Below, piece after piece: positions 19,167 through 29,421 of a stretch of DNA of 64,000 nt. The translations under genes were made by a program, and so were the position numbers. The DNA is from Bacillota bacterium (GTDB taxonomy: Bacteria; Bacillota; Sulfobacillia; JAJZYS01; JAJYTV01). The notes below the pieces were generated by a model. The model had not been told where the DNA came from, ran no database searches, and saw nothing but the letters and a program-made list of their open reading frames with translations. Location of the stretch: the NCBI GenBank assembly GCA_021793645.1, contig JAJYSJ010000011.1, positions 22,515 to 86,514 of the forward strand. Reading direction: 5' to 3'. How positions within the stretch are numbered: position 1 is the stretch's first letter; every line of letters starts with the position of its first letter.

Positions 19167-20513
19167 TTGCAAGCGATCCAACTGCTCACCGAGATCCCCG
19201 GCCCCCGCTCCCGCGACCTCTACGCGCGGCGCCAAAGCGCAGTCCCCGTAGGGGTCAGCCAGACGACACCGATCTTCGCGGCCCGCACCGAGGGGGCCCG
19301 GATCGTCGACGTCGACGGGAACACTTTCCTCGACTTCGCCGGCGGCATCGGCGTGCTGAACGTCGGCGCGAACCGACCGGAAGTCGTGGAGGCGGTGCGC
19401 AGCCAGGCAGGACTCGCACTGCACACCTGCTTCCACGTGACGATGAACGAACCGTACCTGGAGGTCGCGGAAGCACTCAACCGAATCACGCCGGGCGACT
19501 TCCCCAAGAAGACCCTGCTCGTCAGCACCGGCGCGGAGGGCGTCGAGAACGCCATCAAGATCGCGCGGCGCTACACCGGCCGGCAAGCGGTCATCGGCTT
19601 CAGCCACGCATTCCACGGCCGCACCCTGCTCGGCATGAGCCTGACGGCGAAGGTCGCGACCTACAAGTACGGCTTCGGCCCGTTCGCACCGGAAGTCTAC
19701 CGGCTTCCGTCCTGCGGTCTCTACCACTCTCCATTCGCGAGCGAGGAGGAGACGGTGCGCTACGCGCTCGAGGGGGTCCGTCGCGCGATCGAGGACGAGA
19801 TCGGCAAGGACAAGGTCGCTGCGATCATCATCGAGCCGGTCCAGGGAGAAGGCGGTTTCATCGTGCAGCCGCCGCAATTCCTGCGCGGGCTGTCTGATCT
19901 TGCGCGCCAGTACGGCATCGTTCTGGTGATCGACGAGATTCAGACGGGCTTCGGCCGTTGCGGGCGCCTGTTCGCGAGTGAGCTTTCCGGGGTCGTTCCG
20001 GACCTGATCCTTACAGCGAAGTCCCTCGCAGGCGGGCTCCCACTGGCGGCCGTCACCGGACGCGCGGAGATCATGGATGCGGCCCAGGTCGGTGGACTCG
20101 GCGGCACCTATGGAGGGAACCCCGTCGCCTGCGCTGCGGCGCTCGCGATCATCCGGCTGATGGAGGAGGGCGACCTCCTGGAGCGCGCACGGCTGGTCGG
20201 CGCGCGCGTCCTCGAGCGCTTCCAGCGCCTCCGGGAGGGCTACGATCTCGCCGGCGACGTGCGCGGCCTGGGAGCGATGATCGCGATCGAGTTCGTTTCG
20301 GACCGCGATACCAAGGAGCCGGCCACCCAAGCCACCGATGCGATTCACCGGCGCGCCTACGAACGCGGCCTCGTGCTAATGAAGGCGGGCGACCACAATA
20401 ACATCATCCGCTTTCTCGCTCCCCTCGTGATCGCTGACGAAGAGCTCGAGGAAGGCCTGGACATCCTCGAGCGGACGATCGCGGAGGTCGCCACCGAACT
20501 TGTGGAGGCGTAG
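19167..20513 (+). CDS. gabT: 4-aminobutyrate--2-oxoglutarate transaminase
   Basis: DFAGGIGV, TGAEGVENA, EPVQGEGG, DEIQTGFGR, AKSLAGG, GGLGGTYGGNP. Confidence 0.9.
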   Translation: MQAIQLLTEIPGPRSRDLYARRQSAVPVGVSQTTPIFAARTEGARIVDVDGNTFLDFAGGIGVLNVGANRPEVVEAVRSQAGLALHTCFHVTMNEPYLEVAEALNRITPGDFPKKTLLVSTGAEGVENAIKIARRYTGRQAVIGFSHAFHGRTLLGMSLTAKVATYKYGFGPFAPEVYRLPSCGLYHSPFASEEETVRYALEGVRRAIEDEIGKDKVAAIIIEPVQGEGGFIVQPPQFLRGLSDLARQYGIVLVIDEIQTGFGRCGRLFASELSGVVPDLILTAKSLAGGLPLAAVTGRAEIMDAAQVGGLGGTYGGNPVACAAALAIIRLMEEGDLLERARLVGARVLERFQRLREGYDLAGDVRGLGAMIAIEFVSDRDTKEPATQATDAIHRRAYERGLVLMKAGDHNNIIRFLAPLVIADEELEEGLDILERTIAEVATELVEA

Positions 20514-20554
20514 GAAGGCCGGTCCAAACGAATTTCACTCAGGAGGGAACCGCG

Positions 20555-22018
20555 TTGGCTGAACCGTGGCAGGCTCCGGAAGGAATGCTGATCGCCGGCG
20601 ACTTCCAATCTGCGGAGGGCGGGCGCCGGCTCGCTGTCGAGAATCCGGCGACGGAGGAGATTCTCGCCGAGGTGGCTGATGCCGGGCCCAGCGATGCCCG
20701 CAGGGCGCTCGACGCGGCCGTGGACGCCTTTCCCGCATGGCGCGACGCTGGCGCCTACGCCCGCTCCGCGGTGCTGCGCCGCTGGTTTGACCTGATGCGT
20801 GCGGACCGCGACAACCTGGCGCGACTCATGACGCTCGAGAACGGAAAGCCGCTCAAGGAGGCCTACGCCGAAGCCGACTACGCCGCGAGCTTCGTCGAGT
20901 GGTTCTCCGAAGAGGCAAAGCGGGCCTACGGGCGCACGATTCCCGCGACGAACCCCGAGAAGCGCATCCTCGTGCTCCGCCAGCCCGTCGGTGTCGTTGC
21001 AGCGATCACACCCTGGAACTTCCCCGCCGCCATGATCACTCGAAAGGTCGCGTCGGCGCTGGCCGCAGGCTGCACCGTCGTCCTCAAACCCGCGCCCGAA
21101 ACGCCGCTCACGGCGCTGCGGCTCGGAGAGCTCCTTCTGCAGGCTGGTGCGCCGCCTGGCGTCCTGAACGTCGTGCCGACGAGCGATGCGCGAAGGGTCG
21201 CCGACGTATGGCTCGGCGACAGCCGCGTGCGCAAGATCACCTTCACCGGCTCGACTGCCGTGGGCAAGGAGCTGATGCGCAAGGCCGCGGACAACGTCCA
21301 GCGTCTATCGCTGGAACTGGGTGGCCAAGCGCCCTTCATCGTGTTCTCGGATGCCGACCTGGACGTCGCCGTCTCCGCGATCTCAACCGCCAAGTTCCGC
21401 AACGCCGGCCAGACCTGCGTCGCCGCCAACCGGGTCCTCGTCGCACGGGAGATCGAGGAGGAGTTCACGCTCCGGATCGTGGCGCAGGTCGCGGCGATGC
21501 GCGTCGGCAGCGGACTCGATCCCGAGGTCGAGGTGGGACCGATGATCAATGGCAAGGGGCGCACGAAGGTGCTCGCGCACGTCGAGGACGCAGTCTCCCT
21601 GGGCGCCGAGGTGCGGCTGGGCGGCCGCTCCGTCCCCGGGCCGGGGTACTTCGTCGAACCGACGGTCCTCTCGGGCGTCACACCGAAGATGCTGGTGATG
21701 CGCGAGGAGACGTTCGGGCCGGTGATCGCGATCGCCGCGTTCTCCTCCGAAGCCGAGGCGGTCGCTACCGCCAACGACACGGAGTATGGCCTGGCCGCCT
21801 ACTTTTTCACTCGGGATGCGGGCCGCGCGTGGCGCGTCGCGGAACACCTAGAGTACGGCATCGTCGGGCTCAACGACGGAGCCCCGTCAACCGCGCAGGC
21901 GCCGTTCGGCGGGTACAAGGAGTCGGGCGTCGGACGAGAGGGCGGTCAAGAGGGCATGGACGCCTTCCTCGAGACGAAGTACGTCTCGTGGGGTGCCGTC
22001 GGCACAGGCCTCCGGTAA
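20555..22018 (+). CDS. gabD: NAD(P)-dependent succinate-semialdehyde dehydrogenase
   Basis: ITPWNFP, FTGSTAVGK, LELGG, KFRNAGQTCV, EETFGP; directly follows gabT. Confidence 0.9.
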   Translation: MAEPWQAPEGMLIAGDFQSAEGGRRLAVENPATEEILAEVADAGPSDARRALDAAVDAFPAWRDAGAYARSAVLRRWFDLMRADRDNLARLMTLENGKPLKEAYAEADYAASFVEWFSEEAKRAYGRTIPATNPEKRILVLRQPVGVVAAITPWNFPAAMITRKVASALAAGCTVVLKPAPETPLTALRLGELLLQAGAPPGVLNVVPTSDARRVADVWLGDSRVRKITFTGSTAVGKELMRKAADNVQRLSLELGGQAPFIVFSDADLDVAVSAISTAKFRNAGQTCVAANRVLVAREIEEEFTLRIVAQVAAMRVGSGLDPEVEVGPMINGKGRTKVLAHVEDAVSLGAEVRLGGRSVPGPGYFVEPTVLSGVTPKMLVMREETFGPVIAIAAFSSEAEAVATANDTEYGLAAYFFTRDAGRAWRVAEHLEYGIVGLNDGAPSTAQAPFGGYKESGVGREGGQEGMDAFLETKYVSWGAVGTGLR

Positions 22019-22033
22019 ACACGTGCGCACGGA

Positions 22034-22059
22034 GGGCGGCAGGGACTGCACTGCCGCCC
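22034..22059 (+). terminator. GC-rich hairpin after gabD
   Basis: GGGCGGCAG-ggactgca-CTGCCGCCC; no U-tract. Confidence 0.35.
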
Positions 22060-22280
22060 GTATCCTCGCGCGCCTGTAGCACAATCCGGATCAGGACCTG
22101 CGGCCGCCGCCCGAAGGCACTGGCGACGATCGGCAGGGCCGCTCTCAGCGATAAGCATAGCGTCACCCCCTGCCGCCTTCACCGAGCTCGCTGCCCTGCT
22201 GGAGGAGTACCTCGGGCCCCAGCCACAAGGGCCTGCGGTACAGGATGGGGAAATTCCCCTGTGCTAGGAGGTGCATCCGC

Positions 22281-23276
22281 TTGCGTGACACCTTTCAATC
22301 CCTCTGGGTCGACAGGGACCAAGACCAATTCCATTGCGGCTTCAAGGAGACTGCCTTCGACGACTTGTCCAAGGGCGAGCTGCTGGTGCGCGTCGCATAC
22401 TCCAGCGTGAACTACAAAGACGGCCTCGCCAGCATTCCGAGCGGCAACGTCGTGCGGCGCTACCCCTTGATCCCGGGGATCGACCTTGCGGGAACGGTCG
22501 TTTCCTCGAGTGACTCCCGGTTTTGCGAAGGAGACAGCATCCTCGCCACGGGCTATGACCTCGGCGTCTCGCACCACGGGGGCTTCGCGGAATACGCGCG
22601 GATCCCGGCCGACTGGGCCGTACCGATTCCCCCTGGCCTCGACCCGAAGCAAGCGATGTCGCTCGGCACCGCCGCTCTCACGGCCGCCCTCGCCATCCAC
22701 CGGCTGGAGGCGAACGGGCTGCGTCCAGGAAAGGGATCGGTGCTCGTCACGGGCGCGACGGGCGGCGTGGGCTCCCTTGCGGTCGCCATGCTCGCAGGCC
22801 GCGGCTACGAAGTGGAGGCGAGCACGGGCAAGGAGTCGGAGCACGGCTTCCTGCGCGCCCTTGGCGCAGCCACCGTCCTGCGGCGCGAGGATGTCTCGCC
22901 GCAGACGCTGCGCCCGCTCGATCGGCAGCGATGGGCGGCGGCGATCGACCCAGTGGGCGGACAGACGCTCGCCTACATCCTCACAAGCCTCCTCTACGGA
23001 GGATCGGTCGCCCTCGTGGGACTCACGGGCGGCGGGTCGTTCCAGGGAACCGTCTTCCCCTTCATCATCCGTGGGGGCAACCTCCTCGGCATCGACTCCG
23101 CGTACCTCGACATGGAGACGCGGCGGCTCCTCTGGGAGCAGCTTGCCGCCGAACTGAAGCCGCCGCAGCTCGGGGAGCTTGCGCAGGAGATCTCCTTCGC
23201 CGACCTGCCGGCCGCGCTCGCCCGCATCCTTGAGGGCGGTGTGCGCGGCCGCATCGTCGTCCGCGTCGCGAACTAG
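22281..23276 (+). CDS. acuI: Acryloyl-CoA reductase-like MDR oxidoreductase (AcuI/YhdH/YhfP family)
   Basis: YSSVNYKDGLA, PGIDLAG, VTGATGGVGS, PFIIRG..GIDS; TTG start after AGGAGG. Confidence 0.8.
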   Translation: MRDTFQSLWVDRDQDQFHCGFKETAFDDLSKGELLVRVAYSSVNYKDGLASIPSGNVVRRYPLIPGIDLAGTVVSSSDSRFCEGDSILATGYDLGVSHHGGFAEYARIPADWAVPIPPGLDPKQAMSLGTAALTAALAIHRLEANGLRPGKGSVLVTGATGGVGSLAVAMLAGRGYEVEASTGKESEHGFLRALGAATVLRREDVSPQTLRPLDRQRWAAAIDPVGGQTLAYILTSLLYGGSVALVGLTGGGSFQGTVFPFIIRGGNLLGIDSAYLDMETRRLLWEQLAAELKPPQLGELAQEISFADLPAALARILEGGVRGRIVVRVAN

Positions 23277-23549
23277 CCGGTCGCCCACGACCGCTCGGTC
23301 AGGCCGGTGAACGGCGCCCCTTGAACGAAGGTCGCCCTGTGGCGTGCCGCGATACCGGCCTTGAATCAGTGCAGACGTGCATCGGCCCCAACAGTCGCAC
23401 TGCACCTCGCCGACGAGTTTTTTCGGGAGACGCGCAGCGATGGCCGCCGCAAAAACGCGGCCAAGCCACAGGTCCGGTCGCCTCGGCCGCGCCTGTCCAG
23501 GAGTCGCCGCTTGGGCCGTCCGGAGGCCGCTCGCCCCCAGGGCTCCGGC

Positions 23550-24746
23550 TCACGGCATCACGCGGTCGGTCAGTAGCAGGGAGCCATCGGGTTGCGGCTG
23601 GGCCCAGGCGACGAGGTTCACGATCTTCGCGAGGTCGTCAAGGGTCAGGTAGACCTGCCCGCCCGACGTCAGCGGGCGCACAAAGATCGGCACGGTCGGC
23701 AGGACCGCACCGGAACCTGCCCGCGCCGTGACGGTCACACTGCCCGAGACCGCGTCGAGCCGGATCGTCTCGTCGCCGTTCGTGAACGACCAGACACTTC
23801 CCGCGTGCGTCGTCTGAAGCCAGGCGCCCTGCAGGAGGTCGGCTGCGCTCGCGAGCCACACGCCATTCTCCAAGAGTGTGTGCACGGGGATCTGCTGCCC
23901 CGGCGGGCCCTGCTGGAAGAGCCCCGTGACCTTGCCGTCCGCGATCGAGACGTGCAGCACCGTCTGCAGGAAGAGGCCGCCGCCGACGTACTGGAGCGGC
24001 CAGCCGGGGGGCGTGGTGTCGTACGGGACCGTCGCAAAGCCGTCCGCGTCGGTGCGCAGCTGCGTGCCCGCGAGCGTCACGTCCCGCGCCGGATTGCCCT
24101 GCGCGTCGACGAAGCGCACCCGCAGGCTGCCCTTCTCGCCGAAGGGGACCGCGGCGACCGTCAGGCCGTGCCAGGACTGCTTCGACAAGGGGAAGACCTG
24201 CGAGAGCAGGGAGCCTTTTGGCGGCTGCGCGCGGTAGGACACCTCGAAGGTCGCGCCGGGTGTATCTGGCGACCAATGGCCTGGGCCGAACGCGTACGCG
24301 CCCTGCTCGCTGAAGGTGTACTCCTGGGAGTAGCCGCCCTTCTGGTCCACGGGCAGGAGTGTTACTTGGCCGGAAGGAGCCTTGATGAAGACGTCCGAGT
24401 AGGCAGGCTTGCCGCTCGTGTAGACCCCGACGGCTCCGTGCACGTCGATCGTCTGGCCCACGACGACGTGCTGCTCCACCTGCATGGCATCCGAACCCTG
24501 CACGAGGACGTGCGGCGAGGTGGCGCAAAAGCCTTGGTAGATGCTCTGGAGGGCATCGCAGCCGTTGATCACGCCGGCGTCGGCCAGGGTCTGCGTGGTG
24601 GATGTCGGGGGCGTGGCGGTCTGCGTGGACGCCGGATGGCCATGGTGCTCGCCGGACATGGCGTGCGGGCTCTGAACGCCGCATCCGGCCGTGGCGGCGA
24701 GCAGCAGAGCGGCCAAGATCAGCGAGGTCCGGGCGTGGTGGGTCAT
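23550..24746 (-). CDS. Hypothetical secreted lipoprotein
   Basis: MTHHARTSLILAALLLAATAG-C lipobox, His/Thr-rich linker, beta-rich body; C-terminal GGQVYLTLDDLAKIV resembles copper-amine-oxidase N-terminal (stalk) domains. Confidence 0.7.
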   Translation of the reverse strand: MTHHARTSLILAALLLAATAGCGVQSPHAMSGEHHGHPASTQTATPPTSTTQTLADAGVINGCDALQSIYQGFCATSPHVLVQGSDAMQVEQHVVVGQTIDVHGAVGVYTSGKPAYSDVFIKAPSGQVTLLPVDQKGGYSQEYTFSEQGAYAFGPGHWSPDTPGATFEVSYRAQPPKGSLLSQVFPLSKQSWHGLTVAAVPFGEKGSLRVRFVDAQGNPARDVTLAGTQLRTDADGFATVPYDTTPPGWPLQYVGGGLFLQTVLHVSIADGKVTGLFQQGPPGQQIPVHTLLENGVWLASAADLLQGAWLQTTHAGSVWSFTNGDETIRLDAVSGSVTVTARAGSGAVLPTVPIFVRPLTSGGQVYLTLDDLAKIVNLVAWAQPQPDGSLLLTDRVMP

Positions 24747-25009
24747 ACGATCCCCTCCGCGGGGCGACTTCAGCGAGCCCGGTTCGGAAGGGCCCTGGGC
24801 GTGATCCGCACGGCGGTCCACGAAAAACGCGATGGACGCCCGCAAAGGACCCGGAAGAGAAGCTGCGGTCTCGCTCCCTTGGCTATTCTTCCCTCGTCGC
24901 CTACATCCTGTGGGACGCCAGCGGGGAACCGCCTCCTTTCCCCGCAAGCGTTTGTACACGAAGCGGGCCGACCGGTTCGACCCGATCGGCCCACTCGGAC
25001 CCAGTACCC

Positions 25010-26002
25010 TTAGATCTGCGCGCTCAGCCGCCGAAGGACATCGCTCGCCACGTTGCGGCCGGTGATCAGGACGGCCGTCCGCGAGCAGGCCCTGACGCGG
25101 CCGGTGAGCAGGGCGGCAACGCCGACGGCCGCCGCTCCCTCGACCACCATGCGCTCCTCGCGCAGGAGGAAGACCATCGCCTGCTCGATCTCCTGCTCCG
25201 AGACGAGCACGATGTCGTCCACGAGCGAGCGGACCATGCGCAGGGTGTGCCGATTCTCCATGCCGATGCCCCCGCGCAGGCTGTCCGCAAGGGTGGGGCT
25301 CTCCATGAAGTCCACGGGGCGCCCTGCCCGCACGCTTTCGTACATCGCCCGCGCGCCCTCGGCGCAGACGCCGATCACCCGGGTCCCCGGGGCGTTCGCC
25401 TTCACCGCGAGGGCGACGCCGGAGAGGAGCCCGCCCCCGGAGAGCGGTACGAGCACCGTATCGATCTCCGGGTCTTCCTCCATGAGTTCCAGACCAATCG
25501 TACCCTGCCCGGCGACTACATCGACGGCGTCGAAGGGAGCGACCACGAAGAGTCCATACTCGCGCTCGAGCTCCTGCGCCCGGCGCGCCGCGTCCTCCTG
25601 CGTCGGCCCGCTCAAATCGACGATGGCGCCCAGGCGGCGCAGGCCGTCGAGTTTCGTCTGCGGCACCACGTCCGGCAGGCAGACATGCGCCGGGACACCG
25701 AGTCGGCGCGCGACATACGCGACCCCCATGCCGTGGTTGCCGGTAGAGTAGGTCACCACGCCTGGCACAGGGCCCAGCTCCGCGAGGTGCAGGAGCGTGT
25801 TGGCCGCGCCGCGCATCTTGAAGGCGCCGATCGCCTGCATCTCCTCGTGCTTCAGCAGCACCGCCTCGCCGACGGCCGCGCTCAGCGCGGACGCCTCCGT
25901 CAGAGGCGTCCGCACGGCTACCCCCACGATACGCCGGTGCGCGGCCCAGACGTCCCGGATCGTCGGGGCAGTACCCAAAGGCCCTTCTCCTCGCACTGCC
26001 AC
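25010..26002 (-). CDS. eutB: Threonine dehydratase-like hydroxyectoine utilisation dehydratase
   Basis: GAFKMRGA, STGNHG, VPLSGGGL, TLADSL-GGIG; adjacent to eutD. Confidence 0.8.
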   Translation of the reverse strand: MAVRGEGPLGTAPTIRDVWAAHRRIVGVAVRTPLTEASALSAAVGEAVLLKHEEMQAIGAFKMRGAANTLLHLAELGPVPGVVTYSTGNHGMGVAYVARRLGVPAHVCLPDVVPQTKLDGLRRLGAIVDLSGPTQEDAARRAQELEREYGLFVVAPFDAVDVVAGQGTIGLELMEEDPEIDTVLVPLSGGGLLSGVALAVKANAPGTRVIGVCAEGARAMYESVRAGRPVDFMESPTLADSLRGGIGMENRHTLRMVRSLVDDIVLVSEQEIEQAMVFLLREERMVVEGAAAVGVAALLTGRVRACSRTAVLITGRNVASDVLRRLSAQI

Positions 26003-26022
26003 AGCTGCACCCCCAGCGCCCG

Positions 26023-27201
26023 TCAGGAGTCCTTAACGACGAGGCCACGATGAAAGTCGCTCAGCGCCTCGCATCCCGTCTCCGTCACCAGGACGGTCTC
26101 GCTGATCTCGAGTCCACCCGCGTCGAGCCACATGCCGGCCATCAGGTGGAAGGTCATGCCCGGGGAGAGCACGGTCCCGTCACCCTCGCGCAGGCTCGCG
26201 GTGTGCTCACCCCAATCCGGGGGGTAGCCGATGCCGACGGCGTAGCCGACACGGGACTCCTTGACGAAGCCGTGGCGTGCGATCGTCTTGCGCCAGGCCG
26301 CCTCCACATCCGCGCATGTCGCGCCCGGACGCGCCGAGCCCAGCGCCTCGTTGACGCCTTCGGCCACGGCCACGGCAAGGGCCTCGACCTGCTTCGAGGG
26401 CCGTCCGAGCGCCATGGTGCGCGATAGCGGCGCGTGGTAGCGACGGTAACATCCGGCGAGCTCGATGTTCACCGTGTCTCCCACGGTGTAGTGGCGGTCG
26501 ACCCATGTGAGGTGCGACGCGGACGTGCGCTCCCTCGAAGGCATCAGGGGGACGATCGCCGGGTAGTCGCCGGCCTTGTCGGCAAGGCCCGCGATCTGGG
26601 ACTGGAAGATCGCCGCCGCCGCGTCGCACTCCCTTGCCCCCACCGCGATCGCCTGCGCGGCTACCCCCATCGCCTGGCTGGCGATCGCGGCCGCAGTACG
26701 CATGTACGCGATCTCCTGCGGTGACTTCACGATGCGCTGCCAGTTCACGAGGAGCGTTGCGTCCTCAAAGCGCGCATCCGGAAGGTGGCGCGTAAGGTGC
26801 GCGTGGGCCCTGGCGCTGTAGTAGTAGGCGTCCATCTCGACACCGATCGTCTTGCTTGCGCGGCCATGCCGTCGCAGGAGGTCCGCCATCACGTCCATCG
26901 GGTGGACGTCCGGCTGCTGTACATAGGCCTCCGGGTAGCTCTCGAGGTGCGCATCGTCAAGCCAGGTCGTCAGCTTCGCGCCGTTCCTGTCTTGCGCCCT
27001 GCCGATCCAGACCGGCTGGTCCTCGCCCAGCACGACGATCACCGCCTGCGGGACGTAGAACGACCAGCCGTCATAGCCAGTCAGGTAGTACATGTTCGCC
27101 GGGTCGCTGACGACGAGCGCGTCGAGGCCCCTGTCCGACATCCTGCGCTGCAGCTCGGAAAGCCTCGCCTCGTACTCCGCGCGTTCAAAGGCTGTGTGCA
27201 A
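26023..27201 (-). CDS. eutD: Ectoine hydrolase (M24 family, EutD/DoeA)
   Basis: PANMYYLTGYDGWSFY, HPMD, LVNWQRIVKS, GDYPAIVP, RYHAPLSRT, YPPDWGEHT are characteristic of DoeA/EutD. Confidence 0.9.
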   Translation of the reverse strand: MHTAFERAEYEARLSELQRRMSDRGLDALVVSDPANMYYLTGYDGWSFYVPQAVIVVLGEDQPVWIGRAQDRNGAKLTTWLDDAHLESYPEAYVQQPDVHPMDVMADLLRRHGRASKTIGVEMDAYYYSARAHAHLTRHLPDARFEDATLLVNWQRIVKSPQEIAYMRTAAAIASQAMGVAAQAIAVGARECDAAAAIFQSQIAGLADKAGDYPAIVPLMPSRERTSASHLTWVDRHYTVGDTVNIELAGCYRRYHAPLSRTMALGRPSKQVEALAVAVAEGVNEALGSARPGATCADVEAAWRKTIARHGFVKESRVGYAVGIGYPPDWGEHTASLREGDGTVLSPGMTFHLMAGMWLDAGGLEISETVLVTETGCEALSDFHRGLVVKDS

Positions 27202-27253
27202 GGGTACTCCTCCCAGATGATCGCATCACGAGGCCCGGGACCCGGCGATTTTG

Positions 27254-27898
27254 TCAGCGATACGCGGCCGCCTTGCGCTCGAGGTGCGCGGCGATGCGCG
27301 AGAGCGTGCCGTTCATGATCAGGTAGGCGACCGCAGCGAGGGCATAGAGCGTCCCCGGCTGCTCGGTCGCGTCCGCGCCCAGCTGCGCCTGGTACATGAT
27401 GTCGGCCACTCCGATGAAGTACACGAGCGTCGTGTTCTTGAGCTGGATGATCACGAAGTTCGTCAGGGGCGGCAGCATCAGCACGAAGGCCTGCGGCATT
27501 ACCACCTTGCGCAGCGTGCTGAGAAAGCCCATCCCGACGGCGGTCGCGGCCTCGCGCTGGCCGTCCGCAACCGCCTGGATGCCTGCGCGGAACACCTCGA
27601 TGGCGTACCCCGTGCCGTAGATCACGAGCCAGATCATGGCCGCCGTGAAGGGCGGCAGGTCGATGCCGAACTGCGTCAGGCCGAAGAAGATGATGAACAG
27701 CTGCAGGATCGGAGGCAACCCGCGGATCAGCTCGACGTAGGCGAGGATCGCCGTTCGCAGCCACGGCGGACCGTAGATGCGCCCGAGCGCCCCGAAGATC
27801 CCGAGGATGAAGGAGAGCACCGTCGAGACGACCGTCAGCTCGAGGGTGACGACCGCCCCCTGCAGGATGACGCCGGCGTAGAGCCATGCGAGATGCAT
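27254..27898 (-). CDS. Polar amino-acid ABC transporter permease (probably ectoine uptake)
   Basis: YVELIRGLP, GQREAATAVG EAA motif, LPPLTN. Confidence 0.9.
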   Translation of the reverse strand: MHLAWLYAGVILQGAVVTLELTVVSTVLSFILGIFGALGRIYGPPWLRTAILAYVELIRGLPPILQLFIIFFGLTQFGIDLPPFTAAMIWLVIYGTGYAIEVFRAGIQAVADGQREAATAVGMGFLSTLRKVVMPQAFVLMLPPLTNFVIIQLKNTTLVYFIGVADIMYQAQLGADATEQPGTLYALAAVAYLIMNGTLSRIAAHLERKAAAYR

Positions 27899-28713
27899 CA
27901 GCCCTCGTCACCTCCCATCGCCGTGAGGCGCGCCTCCTCGTCCGCGTTGCGGCGCAGAACCCGCGCGAGGAAGTTCTGGGCGCGCAGCGTCCGCGGCGCC
28001 TCCAGGATCTGGCGCGCCGGACCCATCTCCGCGATCGTGTTGTCGGCCATCACGACGACGGTGTCGGCCACTTCCTTCGCGAACATCATCTCGTGCGTCA
28101 CGAGAATCATGGTCATGCCCTCTTGGGCCAGCCGCTGGATCGCCTCCAGGACATCCCCGACGAGCTCCGGGTCGAGCATGGAGGTCGGCTCGTCAAACAG
28201 CATGATCTGGGGATCCATCGCCAGCGCCCGGCAGATCGCAACCCGCTGCTGCTCGCCGCCCGAGAGGCGCCGCGGGTACATGTTGGCCCGCGCGGTGAGT
28301 CCCATCATCTCGAGGAGGCCCATCGCGCGCTCGACGGCCTGGGCCCGCGGCACCTTCTTGACATCCATCGGTCCGAGCACGATGTTCTCGAGGACGCTCA
28401 GGTGCTGGAAGAGGTTGAAGGTCTGGAAGACCATCCCGACGTGCGTGCGGATCTCCCTGAGCTGCGCCCTCGTAGGCGGGGGACCTCCCGAAGCCGTGCC
28501 GTGCAGTTCGTGGCCGAGCACCGTGATGGAACCCTCGTCGAACGGGTGCAGGTAGTTGATGCAGCGGATGAACGTGCTCTTCCCGACGCCGCTCGGCCCG
28601 ATGATGGCGACGACTTCGCTCTTGCGGACTTGAAGCGAGACGTCCTTGAAGATCACCCGATCGCCGAAGTGCTTGCTCAGGCCGCGTACGTCAACCGCGA
28701 CGTCGTTGGACAT
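27898..28713 (-). CDS. Polar amino-acid ABC transporter ATP-binding protein
   Basis: GPSGVGKST, LSGGEQQRV, FDEPTSMLDPE. Confidence 0.93.
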   Translation of the reverse strand: MSNDVAVDVRGLSKHFGDRVIFKDVSLQVRKSEVVAIIGPSGVGKSTFIRCINYLHPFDEGSITVLGHELHGTASGGPPPTRAQLREIRTHVGMVFQTFNLFQHLSVLENIVLGPMDVKKVPRAQAVERAMGLLEMMGLTARANMYPRRLSGGEQQRVAICRALAMDPQIMLFDEPTSMLDPELVGDVLEAIQRLAQEGMTMILVTHEMMFAKEVADTVVVMADNTIAEMGPARQILEAPRTLRAQNFLARVLRRNADEEARLTAMGGDEG

Positions 28714-29347
28714 TGGTCTCCCACCTCGTCAAAAATTGAGAGAGAACCAGGTAGAAGACGAAGTACATGATCCCTGCCAGCAGGAACATGTCCATGGGGT
28801 GGAAGTTGGCGGCGGACGCCTGGTAGGCCTGGAACATCAGGTCCGCGACGCCGATCGTCACGACGAGCGACGTGTCCTTGATCAGGTCCGCGAGCTCGTT
28901 CGTCGCAGGCGGCAGGATCGCGAGGAAGGCCTGCGGCAGCACGATGCGGCGCATGATCGCCTGGCTCCCCATTCCGAGCGCCTCCGCCGCCTCCCGCTGG
29001 CCGTACTGGACGCCCTCGATACCGCCGCGGAAGATCTCGCCGTAGAGCGTGGCGTAGTACACCCCGAGCGTGATCACAGCCGCCGTGAAGCCCGACATCT
29101 GGATCCCGATCTGGCCCAGGGAGTAGTACGCCACGAACAGCAGGACGAGCACCGGGATGGCCCGGACTACCTCGATGTAGATTGTCGCGACCAAGCTCAG
29201 CAGGCGTAGCCTCGATAGGCGCATCAGGGCCAGTACGAAGCCGAAGGCGACCGCCAGGAGGAGCGCGAGCGCCGTCAGCTCCAGTGTCATCTCAACCCCT
29301 TGCCAGAACGCCGGCAGGTTCTGCGCCCAAAGATGCAGGAAGCTCAC
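28691..29347 (-). CDS. Polar amino-acid ABC transporter permease
   Basis: YIEVVRAIP, GQREAAEALG, LIKDTSL. Confidence 0.9.
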   Translation of the reverse strand: MSFLHLWAQNLPAFWQGVEMTLELTALALLLAVAFGFVLALMRLSRLRLLSLVATIYIEVVRAIPVLVLLFVAYYSLGQIGIQMSGFTAAVITLGVYYATLYGEIFRGGIEGVQYGQREAAEALGMGSQAIMRRIVLPQAFLAILPPATNELADLIKDTSLVVTIGVADLMFQAYQASAANFHPMDMFLLAGIMYFVFYLVLSQFLTRWETNVQRRRG

Positions 29348-29421
29348 TATGCCACCACCTCATCCTGGGTCCGGGCGGGAGGACCCGGCTCCTGCCGGCT
29401 CCCCGCCGAAGGACCCGCCGC

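Noticed and set aside
23550-26048. 832-aa ORF apparently fusing the eutB region to the lipoprotein
   Set aside because: The N-terminal half is an off-frame, Arg/Gly-rich shadow of eutB; the real gene starts at 24746 with an RBS and signal peptide
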